Below are positions 20,412-31,208 of a DNA stretch of 64,000 bases, one piece after another. Positions within the stretch are counted from its first letter, which is position 1. Every line of letters begins with the position of its first letter. Position numbers and translations under genes: made by a program. The stretch is taken from IMG/VR virus record IMGVR_UViG_3300011008_000999; one strand, given 5' to 3'. Under the pieces are notes generated by a model, which did not search any database, was not told where the DNA came from, and worked only from the letters and a program-made list of their open reading frames with translations. The stretch comes from a virus. Its lineage: Duplodnaviria > Caudoviricetes.

Positions 20412-21207
20412 TTACCAACTTACGTAAACATCAACTGTTCCGTAATCACAACCACAATCGTAAATCTTACCAGGTCTACCTAATGGCGTATCAATTACTG
20501 TACCATAAGCGATATAATTACCATCAGCCGCAAGACATATATAACCATTTTCATCACATACAAAACCATCTTCATCTACATGACGACCTGGAATATTAAG
20601 TCCACCACCAGGTAAAACTTTCTCACTATACCATGTCCAGCTAGAACCGCCCCAGCTAATACGTCCGTGATACATTAAATCATGTGGTGTATAAATAATA
20701 TCAGTAGATTCAATCTCAACAAATTCAGCTTCAGTTGTTTCAGGAACTTCAGGAGCAGTAATGTAGCTGCTTTTATTTCAACTATATTTTCGCTAAATCG
20801 TTCTTCTTCAGATACTTCAACTACTTCTTCAACTTCAGCTAATTCCATCTGAGTCACTTTAAGTTCATAGATTGAACTAGGCATGCCTGGAATATACTCA
20901 AATGAGTACTTACCTACATAAACTTTATTATCTGACTTAGGTCCGTAAAGTTCTTTATAGTAGTCCGCCATTGTAGTAGTAGGTACTTCTAATCTCTTAA
21001 CATCTAATGTAGGTACATCCGCTAAAGTATTAACAAATACAATCTGTCCTTGTTCAGCAGTTTCTACTGAATCATCTGGAATTTTTGCTTCAGCGTTTGC
21101 ACTAACAACGATTAACAAAATACTATATACCATCATACACAAAAACATGATAGTGATATTCTTTTTTCACGAATCGTATTCACGACTGTTTCTAAATTCT
21201 TCATCAT
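20412..21207 (-). pseudogene. Frameshifted secreted protein with C-terminal 3D-like domain
   Basis: Two single-A deficits (about 21165 and 20776) join three pieces; C-terminus CLAAD...GTVIDTP..GKIYDCG..VDVY. Confidence 0.6.
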
Positions 21208-21287
21208 CTTTCTTTGTCCTTTTTATAGTTATAGCACTCTTTTGAATTGTAAGCATGTCATTCTCCAGAGTGCTATTAACTCTTATT

Positions 21288-22220
21288 CTAGGCCATTAAA
21301 ATCATGGTGTAAGCCTGATCAACAAGTGCACTGCCGTGAGCAATATACATGTAGCGGTTGATATTACTGTTCTGAGTATTACGACCTTCAACATGATCTG
21401 CATAATCGGCAACTGCAGAAATGAACTTGTATCCGGTAGATCCAAATTCAAACAGGTCTGCTTTGTCAAGGTATACTGCAAGCAGCTGTTTTCTTCTGCG
21501 TTCCTGGTTCTCTTTCTGCTTATCAGACATATCATCATTGATAGGGAACAAACGATTGATAAACTGAGTAACCTGAGAACTAGAAATTTTGATAGACTGG
21601 AGAACTTCACATTCTCTGTTAAGCGCTTCCATGTAAGAAGAACCTGCAAGAAGAATCTGTCTTGCTTCATCGATCTTCTTCATAGGATCACCAGAGTGTA
21701 CACATCTCCAATGTCTAGACGGATCTCTTAACGGAATATTAAGTGCATTTGAGCACGCAATTCTTTCAGGGACGATCATACATTTGACTGATCCTGTACC
21801 ATCGTGTGAGTTCATAAAGATTAGATAACATTCAACATCATCACCAAGGATAGAATATTTACCAGTTATCTTTGCTTCAAGCCACGTAGAAGATCCACCA
21901 CGATAAGATCCACCACGGATGAACTCAATTTCTTTTGAGTTATAGATCGATTCAGTAAATGCAAAGGCATCTGCATTATTAACGATCTTATACTTATCGG
22001 AAACTATACCAAGAGGTTTTTCATCGGCTTCCCTAACAATAATGTTAGATCCAGGAACCTCGATCTGCTTACCATTAACTTCGGTATATACAGGATGTGC
22101 AGAAACAGTCCAATTAAGACCAGCCTGTACAAGAACATCATCATATGACTTAGCATCGATGATTTTTTCACCGAAACCTGTATGCAACTTTTCTTTCTGC
22201 AAAAAACTAAGATCTGCCAT
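21288..22220 (-). CDS. DUF932 / TIGR03299 phage-plasmid protein
   Basis: AGLNWTV, LGIVSDKYKIVNN, NSHDGTGS, R+ACSNAL. Confidence 0.85.
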   Translation of the reverse strand: MADLSFLQKEKLHTGFGEKIIDAKSYDDVLVQAGLNWTVSAHPVYTEVNGKQIEVPGSNIIVREADEKPLGIVSDKYKIVNNADAFAFTESIYNSKEIEFIRGGSYRGGSSTWLEAKITGKYSILGDDVECYLIFMNSHDGTGSVKCMIVPERIACSNALNIPLRDPSRHWRCVHSGDPMKKIDEARQILLAGSSYMEALNRECEVLQSIKISSSQVTQFINRLFPINDDMSDKQKENQERRRKQLLAVYLDKADLFEFGSTGYKFISAVADYADHVEGRNTQNSNINRYMYIAHGSALVDQAYTMILMA

Positions 22221-22319
22221 AACAATACCTCCATTAAATAAAATACACGTTGCTGTTTATTTATTATGGTTTTATTATAACACGATCTTAGATAAATGTA
22301 AATAGTTTTATTAAATTTT

Positions 22320-23258
22320 TTAAACTATCTTTGCAGATAAGAATTGTTCTTTAGTCATATCATTGACGTCTTTACAGTCACCATAGCATGAATAATCAAT
22401 TTCTTTTATAATTTTATTGGTGACATTTTTACGAAACTTTTCTCTAGCTTTTTTACCTGCGTCATCATTATCTGTAGCTAAAATTAAATATCTCAAGTCT
22501 GATTTTTTAATTAACTCATACTGACAACTAGATCCAGTTCCGTTCAACGCAATAGCGTATCTTCCATGAGACCATATAGCCAATGCATCTAACATTGACT
22601 CACATACGTATACCTCATTTATTTCTACACCTTTACGTCTTTCTCTATAGATTTCATACAAACCATATACTGGTTTATCTACACCTTCAGGATAGTGAAA
22701 GTATTTATTCTTGACATTACGTGTAGCAATAAAAAGAATATTGCCGAATTCGTCTTTATTTGGAAATGTGATACAGTCATGCTCTTTATCGTATCCAATG
22801 TCGAATTTACGAATAGTGTCTAAGTTCAATTTTCTTTCAAACATATATGGATGTGTGAACCTATACTCTTTAAGTATCTCTTTATCTACAAATTCTACCG
22901 TCTTCTTTTTTCTCGATGGCAGATTAAATTTGACTTTACGCTCTTCAATAGTGCTTCCATCAAAATTTTCTAATAACCATGATCGTCCGTTTACTTGTAA
23001 ACAATGAGACACTACATCTGCTAAGGAATGTGTTTCCTTGCAGCCGAAACAATAGAATAATCCGTCGGATTCTCTAAACTGAGCTGACGGATGATTCTCT
23101 TGTCCGAATTTATGATATGGACATTGAACGGACAAATATCCGTTTATTGTCTTATATCCTTTTGAAAAGTACTTAAACCCACCTTGATGACAGTCTAAGA
23201 TAAGTTTATCTATTATCTGTCGTGTAGTAGTATTTAAGTTTAGATCTCCAACTCTCAT
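22320..23258 (-). CDS. dnaG: DNA primase (CHC2 Zn finger + TOPRIM)
   Basis: CPYH..CFGC, CESMLDAL, ATDNDDAG, KDVND. Confidence 0.9.
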   Translation of the reverse strand: MRVGDLNLNTTTRQIIDKLILDCHQGGFKYFSKGYKTINGYLSVQCPYHKFGQENHPSAQFRESDGLFYCFGCKETHSLADVVSHCLQVNGRSWLLENFDGSTIEERKVKFNLPSRKKKTVEFVDKEILKEYRFTHPYMFERKLNLDTIRKFDIGYDKEHDCITFPNKDEFGNILFIATRNVKNKYFHYPEGVDKPVYGLYEIYRERRKGVEINEVYVCESMLDALAIWSHGRYAIALNGTGSSCQYELIKKSDLRYLILATDNDDAGKKAREKFRKNVTNKIIKEIDYSCYGDCKDVNDMTKEQFLSAKIV

Positions 23259-24586
23259 TAGATTGCATCTCCAGTGTCAGTGCTATATGCATCAGCATTT
23301 GCAGTAGTATCAATTGCAATTCCATCTTTAGGATTTGCAGTATATGTGAATTTACCAGTATTAATGTCATACTGATAGAACAGATGCTGACCTTTTTCAC
23401 CGTATCTATTTTTGCTAAGATAAAGTTTAATTACATCTTTTGCTTTATAAACTGAGATTGCTCTTGATGCATTATGTGAAATACCATCAGAACCACGAAT
23501 TGTATCAAGCTCAGGTGATTCTGTACTTACTTCACCATCTGAATCTCTTGCGCCAGTTCTGTTTGCCTGCATAACTGCAATAATAGGAATTTTCTTTTCC
23601 ATACTAAGAAGCATAAGATCTTCTGCAATATCAGTCAGATTTTCAGTAGTATTCTTACCTTTATGACCTCTTTCATTTGTGAGGTAAGTAAGACCGTCAA
23701 TTACTATCATCTGCAAATCGAGCGCTTCAATCCATCTTCTAAGTTCTGATATTGTAACTCGCTTTTCAGGAAAATCAAGTGGTGTTACTACATTAAATAC
23801 AGGTCTGTCCTTATTAGCAAGTGTATTTACATATTTCTTATATGGATCTGAATTGAAACTACCATCTGCTCCAGTAATTCCATGATTATCAAAGTTCTTA
23901 AACAAAGTATCAAAACGATAACCAATTTGTATAGCACTCATCTCAGGTGAGAAGAATCCAACATTTGCACCTTTACCTATAGGATTACCTTTAGCATCTC
24001 TAGGACCAGCCCAAACTTCAACCGCAAGTTTTTCAGCAATCCATGTTTTAGCATTATTGGTACGCGCATAAATAACTACTAATTCTTCTCCTCTTCTTAA
24101 ACCACCATTAAGAATCATATCTAATTCATTAAGGTTAGTACTAAAAAGATATGCGTCTCTATCATTTTGTTTCTCTAATAACTGATCATATCTTGTAGGA
24201 GCAGTCTTAATAATATCAACTCCATAAGTTCTATTAGGCGCCTGAATAGCAGATAGCTTTTGGATAATCATATCCTTAGTCTTAACTGCATCTTTTGCCC
24301 ATTCAGTTTCACTATTAGTAATAGTTTCTACACAATCATTATATACATATTCTTCATAAAGTCTACGTTCAAGATATGAAACTGACTCAGATACATCAAG
24401 TATAGTAAAATCCGGAAAAGCGTCAAGCATCGAAGCCGCATCAGGAATATTCTTGTATGTTCTAAAATGCTTCAGGATGTACTTGTATTGATCTGCATAA
24501 TTGAAATAATATTTATCATCAAACTTCGTAAGAAAGGCTTCATCCTTTTTACTGATGATATAGTTTAATGCCTGTAATTGTATCAT
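23258..24586 (-). CDS. DnaB-like replicative helicase
   Basis: ARTNNAKT, FFSPEM, IDGL, QANR, KNRYG. Confidence 0.9.
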   Translation of the reverse strand: MIQLQALNYIISKKDEAFLTKFDDKYYFNYADQYKYILKHFRTYKNIPDAASMLDAFPDFTILDVSESVSYLERRLYEEYVYNDCVETITNSETEWAKDAVKTKDMIIQKLSAIQAPNRTYGVDIIKTAPTRYDQLLEKQNDRDAYLFSTNLNELDMILNGGLRRGEELVVIYARTNNAKTWIAEKLAVEVWAGPRDAKGNPIGKGANVGFFSPEMSAIQIGYRFDTLFKNFDNHGITGADGSFNSDPYKKYVNTLANKDRPVFNVVTPLDFPEKRVTISELRRWIEALDLQMIVIDGLTYLTNERGHKGKNTTENLTDIAEDLMLLSMEKKIPIIAVMQANRTGARDSDGEVSTESPELDTIRGSDGISHNASRAISVYKAKDVIKLYLSKNRYGEKGQHLFYQYDINTGKFTYTANPKDGIAIDTTANADAYSTDTGDAI

Positions 24587-25278
24587 AATTTTCCTCCAGC
24601 TCTAAAGTCATCAGACTTAAACTCAATGACTTTCGAACCGTTAAAGATTCGACTCGCAAGTCGTCCACCAATTACACTCTTAAGAGTTTCATAGTCTGTA
24701 ATGTTACTTGTATAAATATTGCTTTTATCATTAGCAATTCTATAATCGATAAACTGAATGAGCTGTTCATGTTCATAATCAGTCAATCGCCCAAAAGCTA
24801 GATCATCCCAAATAACAAGATCTGCTTCTTTAAGTCGATCAATATACTCAGGAATATCTCCAAACTTCTTAATATCCAATAAGAATGTAGGAACATTTAC
24901 AAATACACCACGAGGAAAATCATAACTACCTTTCCATGTCTGATCAAAATAACGTAACATTATTTTTGCAGCCCATGTAGTTTTAGCATTACCGCATGTT
25001 GTGGAGCAGATATAAAGGTTTTTACCTTCTCTAACAAATTTAACTACTTCTTCACCTTTGTACTTATCTAGTTCATCATATTGTACTTCATCAGCATCAA
25101 CATGATATATCTGAAATGGCTTCTTATACATACTCGGAAGATTACTCATATCCAACTGATTGTTGAAAAATCTGTATCTTTCACAAGTAGCAGAACAAGG
25201 TGAAGTCTTACATACATTGCTGTGAAAACAATCTTTCATTCTTGGCATTTTAATAAGTTCCTTTCTTACCTTCTGCAT
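24583..25278 (-). CDS. DnaC/IstB-like helicase loader
   Basis: GNAKT, DLVIWDDL, YTSN, RLASRI. Confidence 0.85.
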   Translation of the reverse strand: MQKVRKELIKMPRMKDCFHSNVCKTSPCSATCERYRFFNNQLDMSNLPSMYKKPFQIYHVDADEVQYDELDKYKGEEVVKFVREGKNLYICSTTCGNAKTTWAAKIMLRYFDQTWKGSYDFPRGVFVNVPTFLLDIKKFGDIPEYIDRLKEADLVIWDDLAFGRLTDYEHEQLIQFIDYRIANDKSNIYTSNITDYETLKSVIGGRLASRIFNGSKVIEFKSDDFRAGGKL

Positions 25279-26026
25279 TTAATGCTTTAGCTTTTTCTTT
25301 AAGTTTCTGAATATCATCTTCAGTAAATGTACCACTAGTAATAGTAGTCTTATCAAAGTTTGCATGAGACGAAGTATTTACTTTCTGCTTAGGTCCAACA
25401 TTAGGCTGAGTACTAACTCTCTGATCGACAAACTTGAACCATTCTCTATCAATAGAGTTTTGAATACAGGTTATCATATCGTCATCACTCATCTTAAAGC
25501 TTACTAAGTCATTAATCTTAGCTCGAACTATATATCCATGAAGTGCATCTGCTTCAGCAAATCTTCCACGTCTATTCATCCAAGTTTCAAAATACTGAAT
25601 TAGCAAATTAGTAATCTTCTCATTGAAGTTATAACTATTAATAAGACCAATCATTTTCTCATAAGCATTAAGAACTTTAGGCTGTTCTTGAACAGTATTC
25701 TTAAATTCTTCTACCTGAGCCTCATTGATCTTTTTAGCAACAGTCTTTTCATTTTGAGTCTTAATAGCAAACTCAGCTTCACCCTTCTTGTTAATGGTAA
25801 TATAACCAATTTTAACAAGTTCATCGAAAAAGGCATCTAACTCTTCTTTCGTCGATGTAGATACCTCTGTAAGCTCTTCTAATGAAGAGATACTTGAAGA
25901 ACTGTAGTATAACTGTGCATAAAGACCTTTAGCACTAACTGATAAACGTTCATCTTCAAAAATTAGTGCTGGAAGTACCATAAAATCTCTATTCTTTGGT
26001 TTCTTAACAAAATCTTTTCGTGCCAT
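25250..26026 (-). CDS. Replication initiator (wHTH)
   Basis: DERLSVSAKGLY...ELVKIGYI; upstream of loader. Confidence 0.65.
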   Translation of the reverse strand: MARKDFVKKPKNRDFMVLPALIFEDERLSVSAKGLYAQLYYSSSSISSLEELTEVSTSTKEELDAFFDELVKIGYITINKKGEAEFAIKTQNEKTVAKKINEAQVEEFKNTVQEQPKVLNAYEKMIGLINSYNFNEKITNLLIQYFETWMNRRGRFAEADALHGYIVRAKINDLVSFKMSDDDMITCIQNSIDREWFKFVDQRVSTQPNVGPKQKVNTSSHANFDKTTITSGTFTEDDIQKLKEKAKALNAEGKKGTY

Positions 26027-26027
26027 A

Positions 26028-26375
26028 TTAGTTACTCCAATTCTTTAATTCTTGTGTAAGCTTTGATTTCTCACAGCCTGTAGGTGAAATATTTTCATTT
26101 CTGAGATTTCGTATAATTGTGCGATTTGTACTAACGTAATAAGTTTTGTTATTATAACTAGCGCAATACTTCAAATGATCCACATAGTACTTTATGAAAT
26201 TGTTGTTCATCTCATAATCGAAACTATCAACACAATCACAAAATATAGCATAACGATCGTTAATATCCTCGAAGATTTTATATCCACATCGGAAGACCCT
26301 ATGCCAAACATACATGTGGTCTCCGACTGATAACGCCTCGATGATATCAGCCTGGTCATTTGTATTCTTTTTCAT
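26028..26375 (-). CDS. Hypothetical, possible sigma region-2-like protein
   Basis: IFCDCVDSFDYEMNNNFIKYY loosely resembles sigma 2.2-2.3. Confidence 0.3.
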   Translation of the reverse strand: MKKNTNDQADIIEALSVGDHMYVWHRVFRCGYKIFEDINDRYAIFCDCVDSFDYEMNNNFIKYYVDHLKYCASYNNKTYYVSTNRTIIRNLRNENISPTGCEKSKLTQELKNWSN

Positions 26376-26460
26376 ACTATACTACTCTCCTTAAGTTCTT
26401 AAATAAACAATACAATCTTGAATTGTCTCCAAGACTGTATTGTGTTATTTTTAATTAGGG

Positions 26461-27444
26461 TTAACCCTGAGTAAGAATATGGATGCTACTACTCTCTGAC
26501 ATAGATACAAGATAGAATCTTGGTGATTTAAGGAACCAAATACTATTTCTTGTTTCTACCCACTCGAATCCATTTGGTGTCTCAGGTGGTTCCTGAGTAT
26601 TCATAAGTGTCAATGAACCATCATTTTCATCTAACTCATACTCATATACTTTGATGAAGTTAAATGCACTTCTAAAATCATTAGAAGCAAGAATTTCATC
26701 AATATATGTTGCATCTGTACTAACTAACTTAGACAAATGCTTGCTCTCTAACTTAGAGAATGCTGCAATCTTACGTCTTCCCATTGCCTCACTAATCATT
26801 TCCATCCAAAGATAACAAGGAACTGTTAGTGAAGTTTTCTCAGGATCTCCGATAACTGTCATATATGCAGCGATATGCTCAGTAGCAAATCTGAATAAAC
26901 CTAACTTCATTGGAATAATAGGAAGATTAAGTTCCATCTTATTACCAAACTGCTTAGGTGAAATTACAATTGCAATATAGTCATTATTAAACTTACTATC
27001 TTCTCCAGCGCCATTTACAATATATTCTCTATAATCAAGATCATTACCAGATCTCGATGCGCTTTCCTTAGCATACTGTAGAGCTGAATAAGAACGAATC
27101 TTATTAGTTCCCTTACCTTTACTTACATTCCAGTTAACAAGTGTTGCAAAGAATAAATCGCTTGCTGATACATTAATACTTGTCTTAGTAATATCACAAA
27201 TAGCATCTAAAAATGTAAGTGCAGTAGTAATCTTTCTAAGCTGATCATCATTGATGTCACCTTTAAAGATCATATCAATAATATCAGTTGTTGTATGAGG
27301 TGTCAAAAGAGCTTTTAATACTTTCTCTTTTAATGTATCATTACTTGAAAAATAAGAGAAATAGATATTATTGTCTTGATCACCAGATTGAACATGTGTA
27401 AGTTCAACCTTGCTTATATCATACTCGTATTTTCTTCTAGCCAT
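26461..27444 (-). CDS. Hypothetical protein
   Basis: 327 aa ORF with RBS. Confidence 0.7.
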   Translation of the reverse strand: MARRKYEYDISKVELTHVQSGDQDNNIYFSYFSSNDTLKEKVLKALLTPHTTTDIIDMIFKGDINDDQLRKITTALTFLDAICDITKTSINVSASDLFFATLVNWNVSKGKGTNKIRSYSALQYAKESASRSGNDLDYREYIVNGAGEDSKFNNDYIAIVISPKQFGNKMELNLPIIPMKLGLFRFATEHIAAYMTVIGDPEKTSLTVPCYLWMEMISEAMGRRKIAAFSKLESKHLSKLVSTDATYIDEILASNDFRSAFNFIKVYEYELDENDGSLTLMNTQEPPETPNGFEWVETRNSIWFLKSPRFYLVSMSESSSIHILTQG

Positions 27445-27485
27445 AATAGTCTCCTTTCAAATTTATGAACGGAATCTTTTACTTA

Positions 27486-27701
27486 TTAAAATCCGAGAAA
27501 ATCAAGAACCTGCTGACGATCTTCCTTCTCCTCTTCAGTAAGAGCTCCGGTCTCTACACGGTGGCGATACTGCTCAAGCTCTAAATCAGCCTGAAATGCA
27601 TTAACAGATTCGCTAACCTCTACATTAGCTTCATTGTTCTTAATTTCCTTGCTAGTGTCTGCCATAATAAATCTCCTTTTCTGTTTATCTGAAACCATCA
27701 T
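27486..27701 (-). CDS. Small acidic protein
   Basis: ORF; probable start MADTS with RBS. Confidence 0.55.
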   Translation of the reverse strand: MMVSDKQKRRFIMADTSKEIKNNEANVEVSESVNAFQADLELEQYRHRVETGALTEEEKEDRQQVLDFLGF

Positions 27702-28264
27702 TTCTTTTTGATAAATCCTGGCTCTATGGTATCATAAATCTGATCCAGGATCTTATAAGCAGATGTATTTCGTTCACTAATAGTTGCTTCATAATCTACA
27801 TCATAGATCGTATCAGCACGAGTACCAAACGTCCATTTAGACTTTCCAGTAAACATACTACAATTTAGCGCATTCACCCTATTAAAAATAAATAGCTCTT
27901 CATTATGCATGTAGATTATACGATCATAGAAGTTATTAGGTAGAAAAAGTTTCTCGTTTACTGTCTGTTTAATAACTCCAGTTAACTCTTTTAATCCAAG
28001 TACCATGTGATCAGCATGATAACCCTCTATATTGATTATATGATACTTTTTACCTTTTTCTTTATCTCCAACTATGTATACATGAATCTGTTTAGAGACA
28101 ATAACAATAAACTTAGGATCAAAAAAGTATTTCAAAAATGGGTATTCAGGATGACCTTTAGCTCCATATTTTCTTTCATCAGATATAATATGTGCAGCTC
28201 TAAATAAAGGTTCAACCTTAGGATTTATACTGAGAATAGCTTCAGTTACATCTTGAGCTGTCAT
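27698..28264 (-). CDS. Hypothetical protein
   Basis: ORF with class I promoter. Confidence 0.65.
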   Translation of the reverse strand: MTAQDVTEAILSINPKVEPLFRAAHIISDERKYGAKGHPEYPFLKYFFDPKFIVIVSKQIHVYIVGDKEKGKKYHIINIEGYHADHMVLGLKELTGVIKQTVNEKLFLPNNFYDRIIYMHNEELFIFNRVNALNCSMFTGKSKWTFGTRADTIYDVDYEATISERNTSAYKILDQIYDTIEPGFIKKK

Positions 28265-28321
28265 AATATAATCCTCACTTCCATATTTTATTATATCACA
28301 GGTTTAATACAAAGTAAATAG

Positions 28322-28795
28322 TTATTTACTCTTTAAGTAAATTAGTTTGACTGGTTTCATCTTTTCAGAGAAAAATTGTTCATTTTTAAAATACTGATAA
28401 AAGTAATCGACTGTAATGTCTATCTTTTCTGCCCAATCATGATTATATTCAGTTACATTATGTTTGTTTACTAAAGACTCATAAACTTTACTCGACATCA
28501 TTACAGACGACGAATCTGGTCGAACTAACTCAACATTCTTAATAATTTCATCATAAATGTCAGTTAGATATTTCTCTAGAAATTCAGAATCTACTATAGA
28601 ATTATTAGTCAAAAAGTTAAAATCTATGTTATTGATTGGTTCAGCTATAAAATATCCAGGTTTATAACCAATACACTTTTCATGTTTAACAAGTACTACA
28701 TTTCTTCCTTTATACGCATATTGAGTATCTTCCTTAGATGCTACAGTAATTCTATTGCAAAAAGGGCATTTAATGAACCTATAATCTGCAATCAT
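28322..28795 (-). CDS. Hypothetical zinc-binding protein
   Basis: CPFC...HEKC. Confidence 0.55.
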   Translation of the reverse strand: MIADYRFIKCPFCNRITVASKEDTQYAYKGRNVVLVKHEKCIGYKPGYFIAEPINNIDFNFLTNNSIVDSEFLEKYLTDIYDEIIKNVELVRPDSSSVMMSSKVYESLVNKHNVTEYNHDWAEKIDITVDYFYQYFKNEQFFSEKMKPVKLIYLKSK

Positions 28796-28797
28796 TA

Positions 28798-29250
28798 TTA
28801 TACCTCGTCTTCATCTCCATATCTATCTAGCAATTCCTTCATTCTCAAGAATGTAGGTTCATCTACTATATAATAGTTTTTGCTACTAGGACCAAAGCTA
28901 AATACTACTGCTGTGTGATCTTTCTTCATATAGATAGATTCTTCAAGATTTTTAGTAAACCAACCTTTCTTAACTGAAAAGCTTTCCTGATCCTTTACAC
29001 AAGTCTTACATTCAATAAGCCAATTAGAATCAGTTACATCACCTTTATTATAAGGAGTAGCACCACTATTTGCTACAGTTTTTCCACCAATAGCCGATGC
29101 GACAGCTGTTTCTTGTTTCTTAGAAAAATAACGAGTAGGTTTCTTTTCACCAGTATCTTTATGTTGTCTAAGAGCACTACTAGTAATAGTATCTTTATGC
29201 TGTCTAGACGAACTACTATTAGTACCTTCTTTTCGCTGTCTAAATTCCAT
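28798..29250 (-). CDS. Holliday junction resolvase-like PD-(D/E)XK nuclease
   Basis: E...NSGA..KGDV...LIECKT; near recA; 36-bp tandem duplication (RQHKDT x2) at N-terminus. Confidence 0.7.
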   Translation of the reverse strand: MEFRQRKEGTNSSSSRQHKDTITSSALRQHKDTGEKKPTRYFSKKQETAVASAIGGKTVANSGATPYNKGDVTDSNWLIECKTCVKDQESFSVKKGWFTKNLEESIYMKKDHTAVVFSFGPSSKNYYIVDEPTFLRMKELLDRYGDEDEV

Positions 29251-29252
29251 AA

Positions 29253-29717
29253 TTACTCCTCGATCTTTATTGCGTCTGGTGAAGGAATAAGAGTTACATT
29301 GTAATCTCTATACATACCTAACCAACTATATCTACGAACTTCAAGATGTGGTTCATCGTAGGTAATAGTAATAAGTGTATCTTCTGTAACTTCCTTACCA
29401 TCTTTCATAAATGTTACCGTCTGATTTACATCATCACAGCTAATAATTTCAGTAGTGCTTAAAACTTCAAACTTAGCGTTTTCATTTTCAGGTGACATAT
29501 TTTTATACGGAACAACAACAATTAATAGACTAATACAACTAACTACTACAAATATTATAGCAATAGCTGGTACAAGCGCAGCATTAGATAAAGCCATAAG
29601 CTTATCCTTGAATTTAATCATTAATGCCGTAGTACAAGCTATAAGCACTAATGTAAGAATAATAGGAAGATATATACTTACACTTGAATGAATATTTCCA
29701 TAAGAATAAGGTATCAT
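29253..29717 (-). CDS. Two-TM membrane protein
   Basis: Two hydrophobic helices. Confidence 0.6.
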   Translation of the reverse strand: MIPYSYGNIHSSVSIYLPIILTLVLIACTTALMIKFKDKLMALSNAALVPAIAIIFVVVSCISLLIVVVPYKNMSPENENAKFEVLSTTEIISCDDVNQTVTFMKDGKEVTEDTLITITYDEPHLEVRRYSWLGMYRDYNVTLIPSPDAIKIEE

Positions 29718-29821
29718 TTTTTGTTTAGGTCTCCTTTTTTATTATTGAAAAGTAGGAGGGGAATTGCACCCCTCAAGTTGTAGACTTCAGTGCTAAACTC
29801 ACTGCTACCAATTTATTTTAT

Positions 29822-31165
29822 TTAGAAATCGTCATTAGACTCATCTGAGTTAGTGACTGGCGCATAAGCAGTGTAGCTTACATCATTACCATCACCAAAG
29901 TCAGCATCTTCCTTTTCAGGCTTAGTCTCTTCCTTAACCTCTTCCGTAGTCTCTTCTTTTACTTCGTCCTTCTTTTCATTAGGAACATCATCTTCATTCT
30001 CAGGCTTTAAGTTGCTGATAGAAGCTTCAACACCTTTTTCTGCTTCAAGGATCTGAGCAAGATCATCATCATTGATGAGAGAAATATCCTTACCAGTCTT
30101 ATTGATATAAGCTGATACTGCCTTCTCATATTCTGCTCTAAACTCATCATGAGTCTTGATGTAATCGACCATCTTTCCTTTACCAGCAAACTGAAGTTCC
30201 TTACCATCTGCATCAGTATAAGGAGTATCAGTACCAGGAATTACCAGCTGCCAAGTAACTGATGAAAGTTTTTTAGCAATTTCATACTTAGTGATGATCT
30301 CAATAAGGTCGGTGATTGTGTCAAGTCCAGAAGCAAATCTAAAGATAATCTTTGCACCATTACGATTAAGAGCACCAAGTCTGTTCTTTGTAACAGAGAA
30401 TGTTGCTACAATACCATCAGTATCTGCATCAGTCTGAGATGCTGCAACATCAATATTATCTCCTTTAGTGAACTTACGATTTGCGAATCTTACCTTGATA
30501 CAAGGATAGAAGTTAAGTGCATATCCACAAGGCTCTGTATAGATCTTAGCACCAGTAAATGTAGTACCAGCTACACGGGTGTGGTTGATGATAAGAAGAG
30601 TGTTACCTGCCTTAGCAATTGCAGGAACCATAAATTTGAGGAACTTACCCATTGACTTAGCAATAGACGCTCTCTGACCATTATCCTTGGTAATATCATT
30701 ATCAATATCAGCCTGAGAAAGAAGCATAGGTGCTGAGTCAATAATAATCATACCAATATTGTCTGCTTCCTGAATCTTAATAATATCAGAGAAGATTTCT
30801 TCAGCAGATTTACCTGAGCAATCATATCTCATAAACTTATTAGGATCAAGATCAAGACCAGTCATCTTGACAAACCATTCTACCTGACCAACAAGGGTCT
30901 CCTCTGCGTCCACATAAATACAGGTTTTGTCAGGATGTTTCTTCTGGAACTGTGCCATAGCAAGACAAGCAAGTAATGACTTACAAGATCCAGATTCTCC
31001 AGCATAAACTACAAGCTTTCCTTCAGGAAGTCCACCATACAATGCGTAGTCTGCTGACATTGTTCCCATTGAAAATCTAGCACATTCCGGAATAACATCT
31101 CCTGGTGTAAGTACCTCAGATTTCCATGCTTTGTTAATTTGTTTTGCGATGTCTAATACATTCAT
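29822..31165 (-). CDS. recA: RecA/UvsX-like recombinase
   Basis: GGLPEGK...GESGSCKS, YVDAE, IIDS, KNR; acidic tail. Confidence 0.9.
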   Translation of the reverse strand: MNVLDIAKQINKAWKSEVLTPGDVIPECARFSMGTMSADYALYGGLPEGKLVVYAGESGSCKSLLACLAMAQFQKKHPDKTCIYVDAEETLVGQVEWFVKMTGLDLDPNKFMRYDCSGKSAEEIFSDIIKIQEADNIGMIIIDSAPMLLSQADIDNDITKDNGQRASIAKSMGKFLKFMVPAIAKAGNTLLIINHTRVAGTTFTGAKIYTEPCGYALNFYPCIKVRFANRKFTKGDNIDVAASQTDADTDGIVATFSVTKNRLGALNRNGAKIIFRFASGLDTITDLIEIITKYEIAKKLSSVTWQLVIPGTDTPYTDADGKELQFAGKGKMVDYIKTHDEFRAEYEKAVSAYINKTGKDISLINDDDLAQILEAEKGVEASISNLKPENEDDVPNEKKDEVKEETTEEVKEETKPEKEDADFGDGNDVSYTAYAPVTNSDESNDDF

Positions 31166-31208
31166 TTCTTTTTTACTCCTTTAATCTTATATCTTACAAT
31201 TTATATTG

